Source: Candidatus Uhrbacteria bacterium (GTDB lineage: Bacteria > Patescibacteriota > Patescibacteriia > UBA9934 > GWF2-40-263). From it: DNA of 51,529 nucleotides. The stretch covers positions 1 through 51,529 of the forward strand of contig JACQWJ010000036.1 of NCBI GenBank assembly GCA_016209325.1, in the 5' to 3' direction. This document shows positions 26,209-34,605 of this stretch, piece by piece. The position numbers were made by a program, and so were the translations under genes. Within the stretch, counting starts at the first letter, position 1; every line of letters begins with the position of its first letter. Below the pieces are notes generated by a model, which searched no databases, had not been told where the DNA came from, and was given only the letters and a program-made list of their open reading frames with translations.

Positions 26209-27546
26209 ATGTTCGCCTGCGAGAAATGCGACGCCCAATTCCCCAAATGGTCCGGCCGCTGCCCCGGGTGCCAGGGTTGGGGCACTTTGCACGAGGAAGC
26301 CGAGGCGGCTTCTGGAAGCGCGCAGGCGGCGGTGGCCCGCGCGACCCCGAAAAAAGGGGTGCGACTCGCGGACGTTGAAACCACCCAGCACGTCCGGATC
26401 TCCGCGGGAGACGAAGAAGTGAACCGGGTCCTTGGAGGTGGTGTCGTTCCCGGCAGCCTCATGCTGCTCTCGGGCGAACCGGGCATCGGCAAGTCGACGC
26501 TCGTGGCCGCGATTGCTTCCCGGTTCGGTAAGGGGCCGGAAGCGGGCGGCGCGGTCCTGTACGTCTCCGGCGAGGAGTCGGCGGTCCAGCTGTCGAGCCG
26601 CTTCCAGCGGTTGGGACAGGCCTTCGGACACGTGGAGTACCTGGAGGCGGAGCCCGTCGAGACGATCGCGGCCACGATTGCCAAGGAAAAGCCGGCGCTC
26701 GCGATCATCGACTCGATCCAGACCGTCCCCTCAAGCGAGCTCGACGGCACCCACGGCGGCAGCCCGAACCTGCTCCGATACGCGACGAATGTCCTGCTGC
26801 AGTGCGCCAAAAAGACGGGCGTGCCGATCCTCGTGATCGGCCAAGTGACAAAAGAGGGAACAATCGCGGGACCGAAAACGCTCGAGCACCTGGTGGACGT
26901 CGTCCTGTCGCTCGAAGGCGATCCGGTCCACGCGTTTCGGATCCTCCGCGCAACGAAAAACCGCTTCGGTTCGACCGACGAGGTGGGCGTGTTCGAGATG
27001 GGAGCACAGGGACTCGTCCCCGTCGCGAACCCGTCGGAGCGCTTTCTCGCCGAACGTATGGCGGTCCCGGGTTCCGTCATCACGACGCTCCAGGAGGGGT
27101 CACGCGTGTTTCTGGTCGAGGTCCAGGCGCTCGTCGAGAAGAGCTTCTATCCCACCCCGGTCCGCCGCGCCTCGGGGTTCGACCAAAACCGCCTACAGAT
27201 GCTCCTCGCGATCCTCTCGAAGCGGGCCGGGGTCCGCCTCGGCGACCACGACGTGTATGTAAACGTGATCGGCGGCATGCAGCTGACCGAGCCCGCCTCG
27301 GACCTCGCCGTCTGCGTCGCCCTCCTGTCGGCGACTTCCGGCAAAGCGGACGCGGAGCCGACGGTCTATATAGGCGAAGTCGGCCTCGGCGGCGAAGTCC
27401 GCTCCGTCCCCCAGTGCGAGCGCCGCCTCACCGAAGCCGCACGGCAGGGGATGACGCGGGCGGTGGTTCCGATAAAGAATAAGACAGCCATAGCGGGATT
27501 AAAAATAGAAACAGTGGAAAGCGTTAAAGAAATCCGTTCCTATTGA
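26209..27546 (+). CDS. radA: DNA repair protein RadA/Sms
   Basis: N-terminal zinc ribbon CEKC...CPGC, Walker A GEPGIGKST, KNRFG motif, Lon-like C-terminal domain. Confidence 0.93.
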   Translation: MFACEKCDAQFPKWSGRCPGCQGWGTLHEEAEAASGSAQAAVARATPKKGVRLADVETTQHVRISAGDEEVNRVLGGGVVPGSLMLLSGEPGIGKSTLVAAIASRFGKGPEAGGAVLYVSGEESAVQLSSRFQRLGQAFGHVEYLEAEPVETIAATIAKEKPALAIIDSIQTVPSSELDGTHGGSPNLLRYATNVLLQCAKKTGVPILVIGQVTKEGTIAGPKTLEHLVDVVLSLEGDPVHAFRILRATKNRFGSTDEVGVFEMGAQGLVPVANPSERFLAERMAVPGSVITTLQEGSRVFLVEVQALVEKSFYPTPVRRASGFDQNRLQMLLAILSKRAGVRLGDHDVYVNVIGGMQLTEPASDLAVCVALLSATSGKADAEPTVYIGEVGLGGEVRSVPQCERRLTEAARQGMTRAVVPIKNKTAIAGLKIETVESVKEIRSY

Positions 27547-27635
27547 CTTTTTCGAGCCGTTCCTATTCCTACGCACATTCACTCAAACAGACGGAGGAGA
27601 AAGGTCATGCAGCAGGGTGGCGATTTTCTTTTCCT

Positions 27636-27790
27636 GGAAACTGCCTGTCTGGGAATTGCCAAAACGAATATGGATCGGAAACGTTTTCCCCTCCTTCCCC
27701 AAGGCTCGCCCGTTGGGCTACGCCCAACGGGAGGGGATGAAAGGGGAGGAGATACGATACAAATTCGTATTTCGTCTCCAGGCAGTTTCC
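27636..27790. mobile_element. 155-bp MITE-like element (copy F) with perfect 12-bp terminal inverted repeats
   Basis: GGAAACTGCCTG (27636-47) and CAGGCAGTTTCC (27779-90). Sub-terminal arms ACGAATATGGATCG / CGATACAAATTCGT. Central CCCCTCC...GGAGGGG and CCGTTGGGCtaCGCCCAACGG hairpins. Ends 3 nt from the recG stop. Confidence 0.7.
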
Positions 27791-27793
27791 ACG

Positions 27794-29848
27794 TCACTCC
27801 AAATGCACGTCCTCGAACGTCTGCGTAATCCTCTCGCGGACGAGCGGGTGCTGTTCCAAATTCGGGTCCTTGTCCATGAGCCAGCGGGCCCAGTCGCGAG
27901 CTTGCTTCATGAGGTCGGTGTCGGACAGGGTTGCGAGGCGGAAGTCGGGGAAGCCGGACTGGGCGCTGCCGAAAATGTTGCCGCTGCCGCGGATCTGGAG
28001 GTCCTTTTCGGCCAACTCAAACCCATCCTGGCAGGCGACGACGGCCTCGAGGCGATCGCGGCCGGCGATGGTCAGACTGTCAGGACAGAGAAAGCAGAAC
28101 GAGGCCTTGTCCGAACGTCCCACGCGGCCGCGGAGCTGGTGGAGCTGTGCTAGGCCGAAGCGGTCGGCGCCGAGAATGACCATGACGGTCGCATTCGGCA
28201 CGTCCATACCCACTTCGACCACCGTCGTGGAGACGAGCACGTCGAGCGCACCAGCCGCAAAGTCGGCGATGACCGCGTCCTTTTCCTGAGCCTTCAATTG
28301 GCCGTGAAGGATGCCGACCTTAAACCCCTTGAGAGGACCCGCCGACAGACGCTTCGCTGCTTCCTTTACGGACTGGGACCCGATCTGATCGGACGGATCG
28401 ATGAGGGGGCACACGACGTATGCCTGGTGCCCCACTCCGAGCTCCCGCTTCAGTGCCGTGTGCATCTCCCCTTCTCCACCGGGCGGCACGAGGTGCGTCT
28501 CAATCGGCTGGCGTCCAGCTGGACGTTCGTTCAGAACGGACACGTCCAAGTCGCCGTACAGCGTCAGTGTCAGGGAGCGCGGAATGGGCGTCGCTGTCAT
28601 GGAAAACAGGTGCGGGACGCGGTCGCCAGCGCGGGTCAGGAGCGCGTGGCGTTGCTCGACGCCGAAGCGGTGCTGCTCGTCGATCACGACGAGCGCCAGA
28701 CGGTCGAAGTGGACATCCTCCTGGAGGAGCGCGTGCGTGCCGACAACGCAGCACGCCTCTCCCGTCTCAAGCGAGGAGAGAAGTTCCTCCCGTTTCACGG
28801 ATTGGTCCCCGACGTATGCCTTTCCATGAGTGAGTAGAGCGACTTCCCGGGCGGGCAAAAAGGCAGAAAAGGCCCGGTGTTGCTGCCCAGCCAGAATTTC
28901 GGTGGGAGCGAGATAGACGACCTGGCATCCCGCCTGCATGACAGCTTGGGTGAGCATGGCCGCAACGACGGTCTTGCCGGACCCCACGTCCCCCTGGAGC
29001 AAGCGGTTCATAGGGGTCTCCTCGGAAAGATTCTGCACGGCTTCCCACACAGCCTTACGCTGGGCGGTCGTGAGCGGAAACGGGAGCGAAGCGACGAACG
29101 CACGCAGACCGTCGACGTCGATCGGGACGGAATACGCGGGACGGACCACGCGGTCGCGCCGCACCTGGGCAAACAGGAGCTGATGGAGGAACAGCTCGTC
29201 GAACTTCAAACGCCGGACAGCACCTTCCAGATGCGCCGCGGAATCGGGCGCATGGATGGCCGTAAGCGCATGCGTCAGCTGGGGGAATGCCTCGCGCTCA
29301 ATGATGTCTAATGGAAGCCAATCTGGAATCTCTGAGGCAGCAGCCAAGGCAGCATGAATGACCCCGCGCACACGGCGCTGGGTCAGCGATCCTGACAATC
29401 CGTAGATGGGAACCAGACGTCCGGTGTGGATGTTGCGCCCAGGAGGCTCCTGAACCGGATTCACGAACTGCGTGACACCGAACTTCCGGTTGACGCGTCC
29501 AGCGATCGCCACCTTCGTCCCGGGCGGCAGGGCCTGCTCAAGGTAGGCCTGATTGAACCACACGATCTTCACGCTGCCCGTCTCGTTTTCGAGCACGGCT
29601 TCGGTCAGCGTCATCCGCCCGTTCTTCGCCCGGCGGTTGGTCAGGGTGACGATGGTGCCAACGACCGTCACGGTGTCGTCATGACGGAGGCGCGGAATGG
29701 GCTTCGTCTGGGAAAAATCCTCATAGCGGTACGGAAGATGCCAAACGAGGTCGCGGACCGAAACGATCCCGAGACGCTGAAAGTCCTTGTCGAATACCGG
29801 CCCAACGCCCGACAGGTCACGGACCGATGTTCCCAGATGCACGGCCAT
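27794..29848 (-). CDS. recG: ATP-dependent DNA helicase RecG
   Basis: Wedge/OB N-terminus, GDVGSGKT, DEQHRFG, QLHQLRGRVGR. Start trimmed to ATG 29848 (MAVHLGT...) so it does not overlap the upstream gene. Confidence 0.92.
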   Translation of the reverse strand: MAVHLGTSVRDLSGVGPVFDKDFQRLGIVSVRDLVWHLPYRYEDFSQTKPIPRLRHDDTVTVVGTIVTLTNRRAKNGRMTLTEAVLENETGSVKIVWFNQAYLEQALPPGTKVAIAGRVNRKFGVTQFVNPVQEPPGRNIHTGRLVPIYGLSGSLTQRRVRGVIHAALAAASEIPDWLPLDIIEREAFPQLTHALTAIHAPDSAAHLEGAVRRLKFDELFLHQLLFAQVRRDRVVRPAYSVPIDVDGLRAFVASLPFPLTTAQRKAVWEAVQNLSEETPMNRLLQGDVGSGKTVVAAMLTQAVMQAGCQVVYLAPTEILAGQQHRAFSAFLPAREVALLTHGKAYVGDQSVKREELLSSLETGEACCVVGTHALLQEDVHFDRLALVVIDEQHRFGVEQRHALLTRAGDRVPHLFSMTATPIPRSLTLTLYGDLDVSVLNERPAGRQPIETHLVPPGGEGEMHTALKRELGVGHQAYVVCPLIDPSDQIGSQSVKEAAKRLSAGPLKGFKVGILHGQLKAQEKDAVIADFAAGALDVLVSTTVVEVGMDVPNATVMVILGADRFGLAQLHQLRGRVGRSDKASFCFLCPDSLTIAGRDRLEAVVACQDGFELAEKDLQIRGSGNIFGSAQSGFPDFRLATLSDTDLMKQARDWARWLMDKDPNLEQHPLVRERITQTFEDVHLE

Positions 29849-29906
29849 ACGGGCCCATCGTACTGTTCCCGTCCGAAAGAGGCAAAAAAGACTCCACCCA
29901 GGGTCA

Positions 29907-31007
29907 TCAGGCAGCTTGACTCTCTGCTGCCTGATGGAACGGACGCGCGGGAGCCGTGAATCCGTCGATACGGATCTTACCCGCGGATTCCGGAACGGCA
30001 GCCTCGATGGCTGCGCGGCAGCGTTCCAGCTCCGCACGGAGTACATCGGCAGAAAAGGTTGAATCGACTCCGCTCTCCCCAGGTTTGGCAACGTAAATGA
30101 GCGCGAATGGATTCTCTTTCGTGAATGCCAGGCCGCTCTTTTTTACCTGATCGTCCGAAAGGGCACCCTCCGCTTCATACTGTTCGCTAAAGGCGATCTT
30201 CACGGCGAGTACCAAGGCATCCATGGCCTGCTCTGCGGTCAAGATGCGGCGTGTGATGCTGAATCCCGCCGGCATCCATTCCTGCCAAGCCGCGTTTCCG
30301 GTATCGAGCCGGCCGGTAGCGTCGTAGTAGGCGGCGCGGCCTGGATGGTCCCCGGAAATTTTCGCGTGCCCTCCATACTCGATGCCTAACTCGGCGGCAA
30401 GCGTTGTGCCGTAGGCTCGAGCGATCTCATCATCGGTTTTCCCAGTGGAAAGCTCGGGATGCGCGGCCGCAAACGCCTGGACCGCTCCACAGCCCGTATG
30501 GGTATAGACCTGCTTGATTCCGACCGCCTTGAGCTCGGCACGGAACGCGGCCTTCTCCTCGTCCTTCAGCAGGATGCCAGATCCGGGAACACGGAACGTG
30601 CCCGCGGCCCGACGCTCGTCCATGCAGCAGAGGCACGGCTTCTCGTCCGTAAACGCGTCTTCGAGCTCTGGGTACCGCTCCACGTAAGAAGCCACGCCTC
30701 CTACGCTTTCCATTTCCTCAAGAATGCGAGCGTCATACGCATGAATGAGATCTTTTGCCCGTTCCGTCTTCGGTCCGAACGGAACGGCCGCCTCAAACTG
30801 ATCCCGGTAGGACCATGGCCAGACTGGTTCTGGAGCGTGCGTCAAACCGTCGTCTGAGTCGGGTGCCCGACCAGGAACCTTTCCACGGACAACTTCGGGG
30901 TCCGGACTTTTATCGCGGGAGGGTTCTCTCTCAAGAAAAAAATCTTCAAATCCGGGAAGTTCAGATCCAAACATATGCGTTATACCATCCACAAATAACC
31001 AATGCAC
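29907..31007 (-). CDS. hypothetical protein with beta-carbonic-anhydrase-like Cys/His/Cys zinc motifs
   Basis: CCMDER (C-x-D-x-R) and, 42 aa later, HTGCGA (H-x-x-C-G). Start uncertain (GTG 31007 or ATG 30974). Confidence 0.35.
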   Translation of the reverse strand: MHWLFVDGITHMFGSELPGFEDFFLEREPSRDKSPDPEVVRGKVPGRAPDSDDGLTHAPEPVWPWSYRDQFEAAVPFGPKTERAKDLIHAYDARILEEMESVGGVASYVERYPELEDAFTDEKPCLCCMDERRAAGTFRVPGSGILLKDEEKAAFRAELKAVGIKQVYTHTGCGAVQAFAAAHPELSTGKTDDEIARAYGTTLAAELGIEYGGHAKISGDHPGRAAYYDATGRLDTGNAAWQEWMPAGFSITRRILTAEQAMDALVLAVKIAFSEQYEAEGALSDDQVKKSGLAFTKENPFALIYVAKPGESGVDSTFSADVLRAELERCRAAIEAAVPESAGKIRIDGFTAPARPFHQAAESQAA

Positions 31008-31141
31008 GAATTATTCTTCTGGGAATCTTGCGGCAATGCAACAGTTGCTTGGCTACGGATGGATTAAGGAACAATGTGCATGAGTTAATTGAGAATGGTA
31101 TTAATTAACGGTTTCCGCATCAGAATACAGCAAAATCCACT

Positions 31142-31171
31142 AAAAAGAAAAACCGCCACCCGCAAGTGACG
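31142..31171 (-). terminator. terminator after tRNA-Arg
   Basis: Minus strand CGUCAC-uugcgg-GUGGCG followed by GUUUUUCUUUUU. Confidence 0.5.
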
Positions 31172-31178
31172 ACTTTTC

Positions 31179-31255
31179 TGGTGCGCCCAGCACGACTTGA
31201 ACGTGCGACCCTCAGCTCCGCAAGCTGATGCTCTATCCAACTGAGCTATGGGCGC
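31179..31255 (-). tRNA. tRNA-Arg (anticodon GCG), CCA encoded
   Basis: Reverse complement GCGCCCA-TA-GCTC-AGTTGGATA-GAGC-A-TCAGC-TTGCGGA-GCTGA-GGGTC-GCACG-TTCAAGT-CGTGC-TGGGCGC-ACCA folds as a cloverleaf. Anticodon loop is TT-GCG-GA. Confidence 0.88.
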
Positions 31256-31435
31256 TTACATGTAAAACGTTTTTATTTTGCCCATTTTGAGCTTGCGGGG
31301 ACCCCGTTTGTGTTCACCGTCCTTATGAAGGACGCCTCGCAAAAACTGCACCCCGCGCACCCAAACTGGTCTAAAATAAAGAACGTTTTACCACTCTTTC
31401 CTATACACATTGACCAAAAGGAGCAGGCTTTGAAC

Positions 31436-31951
31436 TCAGAGTTTATACAGCCTTCGGATCATATCCGTCAAGGTCTCGTCGGTCCGGTTCAGGTTTTCCG
31501 GGCAGTACTGGAGGAGGATGCCGCGGACCTCGTTGGGGTCCGTGTCCTCAAGTGGGATCGAGACCATGGGGTGCCACAGCTTCTGGAAGTCGAGGTACAG
31601 AAGCTTCACATCCGGCGGACTGTAGGCGATCGAGAAGTCCTTCATCTCCTGGTAGTCGTGGAAGGAATTGCCGATGACGACCCCCGTCGTCGTCAGTACG
31701 ACGTCCACTTTCTCCGGGTCCTGGAACGTCGAAAGAAGGGTGATGATCCCGACCATGAGGATGATGACCGCGAACAGGAAGTTGGCCGTGGCGATCGCGT
31801 ACACGATGAGCAGGACACCGACGACCGCCCCCGCTATGTACCAGGTGCGGGACCGTTCGTGACGGGGATACTCGTCCACCTCCCAGGACAGGAGCGGACT
31901 GCCGTACATAGCCGGAGACACGGGGGTGTCGGAATGGATGACGGGGTCCAT
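31436..31951 (-). CDS. membrane protein (2 TM plus C-terminal soluble domain)
   Basis: 171 aa. TM hairpin WYIAGAVVGVLLIVYAIATANFLFAVIILMVGIITLL. Same strand, 85 nt downstream of the CDPS fusion gene. Confidence 0.5.
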   Translation of the reverse strand: MDPVIHSDTPVSPAMYGSPLLSWEVDEYPRHERSRTWYIAGAVVGVLLIVYAIATANFLFAVIILMVGIITLLSTFQDPEKVDVVLTTTGVVIGNSFHDYQEMKDFSIAYSPPDVKLLYLDFQKLWHPMVSIPLEDTDPNEVRGILLQYCPENLNRTDETLTDMIRRLYKL

Positions 31952-32036
31952 AAGATTATGCCTTTTTGTTGCAGGTCTCCATGATACCGCGAACGGCCCG
32001 CGCCGTCACTTGGATGTCGGAGATTCCGACATAGAC

Positions 32037-33476
32037 CTAGCCATCTACAATGAACGTGCCGTCCCTGCCCGTGTACTTTCTGATCAACCTTGCGACGGTT
32101 CCGTCCTGCTTCAGCAATGCCAATTCCTTGTCCAACAGCGCTTTCAGCCTGGATTCGCCACGCTTCAGCATGAATGTGTTCTCGTACACGCGAATCAGGT
32201 CTGCCGAAGTCGCCACGAGTTTGACCAATGAAGCCTTATTGAAGTGTTCCGCGAGATACGGCTCGACGAACGTGAAGTCGGCGCGATTCTCGGCCACGCA
32301 CTTCAGGCCTTCGGCGTTGTCCGACAGCTGCGGAACCCGGACGCGGCGATGACGGGGAAAGTCCGCCTGCGCGATGGAGTCGGAGATGTCGTTTTCCTTC
32401 ACGGCGACGCGTGCGTTCTCATCGGCCGCTATCTGTGTGGTCGTCCTCCCATCATCGGATCGCGTCCAGACGAATACCGGACTTCTGAAAAGGGACGTGG
32501 AAAAATCCGCCTGCGCTTTCCGCTCGGGAGTGGGCCACACGATACTGCCGAACAGATCGAAGCGGTTCTGATTGAGCCCATCCACGATAACGCCGTACCC
32601 TATCTCCTCGGACCACCGGACCTGCCACCGGTATTTTTTGGCGATCTCGATAATGATCTCGTAGCAAATGCCGGAAAAGTTGTCGTAGTCCCGGTCGTAC
32701 ATGAAGGACGGGATGGAGTTCGCGAAGCCAACCCGCAGGATGCCCGTCTTTTCTATCCTGTCCAAGACGTCCGAAAAGGGCCCTTCGTTTTCCTCGCCTT
32801 CAAGTCCCCACATGGGGTTGTAGGTTTCGTAAGGATTCTCGACGAGCAGGAAGTCGAGGTGCGGCTTCGGAACGCCGTCGAACGTTCCCGCGATGTAGTT
32901 CTCGTACACGTGCCAGTTCTTATGGTAGACGTAGATGACTTGGTCGACTCCAAGGTACGTAGGGGCGAATTCCAAAAAGGCGAATTCCGACAGCAGGTAG
33001 TGGACGGCGATCCCCGTGGCCTTCTCGAGGTCCGGAATGTCCTTCTTTGAACCCTCCAACACCGCCCGTGTCGTGGCGTCTGCACTCGCATGGAATTTGT
33101 CGTTGCCGTGATAGAGAACCAAAACGCGTTCGTAAGCCTCACGATAGACGGGACGGTTTTCCACTTCCCGTTCCCAATCGAAAATCCTTACCACGTCTTC
33201 GCCATAGCCAAGGTCCTCCATGGCTTTGCGCACGCGGTTCTTGAGCCCGTTGCCGCGCGGGATGGCCTTGTCGCGCCGCGCGCGGTTTTCGGGATACCCG
33301 AACGCGACGTAAGTGGATATCGCGGGAACGTCGGCAATCAAAACGGCGACCCGCCCAAACCGCTCCACGACGGTTTTCAAGAGGTAATGAACCTCCTCGT
33401 CCTTGAAGTAGCCATTGCCCGGGCTCATCCCGATGATGGGATAGGTTGTCGGATCGATGGATATCATAGGACTCAT
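32037..33476 (-). CDS. tRNA-dependent cyclodipeptide synthase (CDPS, NYH-type) fused to a family-3 solute-binding (SBP_bac_3/PBP2) domain
   Basis: N-terminal about 230 aa: IIGMSPGNGYF (compare AlbC GISAGNSYF with catalytic Ser and Asn40), HYLLSEFAF (Y178/E182 equivalent), VYH (Y202-H203). C-terminal about 240 aa: ILRVGFANSIPSFMYD...GICYEIIIEIAKK...NRFDLFGS...TPERKAQADFSTSLF...LKQDGTVARLIRKY, typical of amino-acid-binding SBPs. Confidence 0.75.
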   Translation of the reverse strand: MSPMISIDPTTYPIIGMSPGNGYFKDEEVHYLLKTVVERFGRVAVLIADVPAISTYVAFGYPENRARRDKAIPRGNGLKNRVRKAMEDLGYGEDVVRIFDWEREVENRPVYREAYERVLVLYHGNDKFHASADATTRAVLEGSKKDIPDLEKATGIAVHYLLSEFAFLEFAPTYLGVDQVIYVYHKNWHVYENYIAGTFDGVPKPHLDFLLVENPYETYNPMWGLEGEENEGPFSDVLDRIEKTGILRVGFANSIPSFMYDRDYDNFSGICYEIIIEIAKKYRWQVRWSEEIGYGVIVDGLNQNRFDLFGSIVWPTPERKAQADFSTSLFRSPVFVWTRSDDGRTTTQIAADENARVAVKENDISDSIAQADFPRHRRVRVPQLSDNAEGLKCVAENRADFTFVEPYLAEHFNKASLVKLVATSADLIRVYENTFMLKRGESRLKALLDKELALLKQDGTVARLIRKYTGRDGTFIVDG

Positions 33477-33796
33477 CCTGTTTGGTCCCGCATGCGCTCG
33501 AGAGCACGCAACACCGTAGCGGCGACGAAATCTTTGCGTGCTTCCGCCAACACAGGCAATGTCGCCAAAACAGAGGCATTCTTTGTGGGAAGCAGTTCCA
33601 CCTTTCCGCTAGCATAGTCCGTCAGGTGGGTGAGAAATTCATCAAGCCACGATGGCGTAACGGTGAGCACACCATCGAAGTCGATGTGTATCGGCTCGTC
33701 AGAACGAAGCTGTGGACGCATGGCATTGAACGCCTCCTGTCCTGCTGGGCGGGAAATAAGCACGTTTCCAAATTTTTTCAGTTGAATGGTTTGCAT
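33473..33796 (-). CDS. STAS-like protein (DUF4325-type)
   Basis: 107 aa. GNVLISRPAGQEAF...IHIDFDGVLTVTPSWLDEFL matches my recollection of the DUF4325/STAS pattern. Its stop overlaps the CDPS start (ATGA). Confidence 0.6.
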   Translation of the reverse strand: MQTIQLKKFGNVLISRPAGQEAFNAMRPQLRSDEPIHIDFDGVLTVTPSWLDEFLTHLTDYASGKVELLPTKNASVLATLPVLAEARKDFVAATVLRALERMRDQTG

Positions 33797-33807
33797 ATCT
33801 CTAAATC

Positions 33808-34533
33808 TTAAAAGAGGATAACGGCATACGTTCCACGGATATTTTCGTCGGTCATCTTGATACGCATCGATCCGGGGCCTACGGGAATGTGAACGGCACC
33901 GATCCCCGAACGAAACAAGAGACCGATCTCCTTTGATTCCGCGACGGCACGGACGACTTTGAGTCCGTTCCCGCGCTTTTCTGGATTTCTTCCCGAAACG
34001 ATTTCCGTAAACGCCACATGAAGAGCGTCGATGTCCGTAGCCAGGTTCGGCCGAACGTGTTGCAGTGTCGCTTTGACGCCGCGTCCGCGGTCTGCCAGAA
34101 CGATGACCCGTTTAGCCACGTCGTATCCATAAAATACGCCCTGAACGTCAGGCCAATTGCCAACGTTGTGCGCGAAAGAATTGTCGCCGATTTCCCCGGC
34201 GACGAGCGTGAGAAGCGATGCCAATTCTTCGGAGATAGAGCTCTCCCGCTGAAGTTCGGCACCCATCTTGGCCACGCGGCTCGTGAAACGATCTGGTCGC
34301 TCGCAATAATATGTGTCGGAGAGTTCCGGCGCCCATGCGCTTGTTGCCCACGCACGTCCCAATAGCTGGAGATCGATGGCAAAACGCTTCAGGTTTTCTA
34401 ATCCGTAGTAGCGCTGCTTGCCCACGCTTCGTTCAGCACGAAGCTTACCGGATTTTTCCCAGTTGCGCAGAGTTTGCACGGATACGCCCAGCATCTGTGC
34501 AGCCACACCTATGCGTACGTTTTTCTCAACCAT
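33808..34533 (-). CDS. MerR/excisionase-type HTH fused to a GHKL (SpoIIAB/RsbW-like) ATPase/kinase domain
   Basis: HTH VRIGVAAQMLGVSVQTLRNWEKSGKL. N-box GEIGDNSFAHN, G1 box DRGRGV, G2 box KRGNGLKV. Confidence 0.7.
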   Translation of the reverse strand: MVEKNVRIGVAAQMLGVSVQTLRNWEKSGKLRAERSVGKQRYYGLENLKRFAIDLQLLGRAWATSAWAPELSDTYYCERPDRFTSRVAKMGAELQRESSISEELASLLTLVAGEIGDNSFAHNVGNWPDVQGVFYGYDVAKRVIVLADRGRGVKATLQHVRPNLATDIDALHVAFTEIVSGRNPEKRGNGLKVVRAVAESKEIGLLFRSGIGAVHIPVGPGSMRIKMTDENIRGTYAVILF

Positions 34534-34542
34534 AGTAATGCT

Positions 34543-34605
34543 AGGTTAAGACAAAAACCTATAAAAGTCAAGAAAATCTTATAGGTTTAATATGAAAACC
34601 TATAA
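34543..34605 (-). promoter_or_regulatory. promoter with palindromic operator upstream of the HTH-GHKL gene
   Basis: Minus strand TTGACT (34566-71), 17 nt, TAACCT (34543-48), 9 nt before the ATG. Perfect inverted 10-mers AAACCTATAA (34555-64) / TTATAGGTTT (34579-88) bracket the -35 box. A third copy lies at 34596-605. Confidence 0.5.

Noticed and set aside
25836-27083. 415-aa minus-strand ORF spanning the M23 and radA genes
   Set aside because: It is antisense to two well-supported genes and crosses their terminator. The composition is R/P/S/A-rich low complexity, typical of shadow ORFs in GC-rich DNA.
29849-30091. 81-codon N-terminal extension of recG, and the analogous extension of 35765-35968 into greA
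   Set aside because: The extensions overlap the upstream genes and are Arg/Pro-rich. Internal ATGs give proteins that begin where homologues begin.
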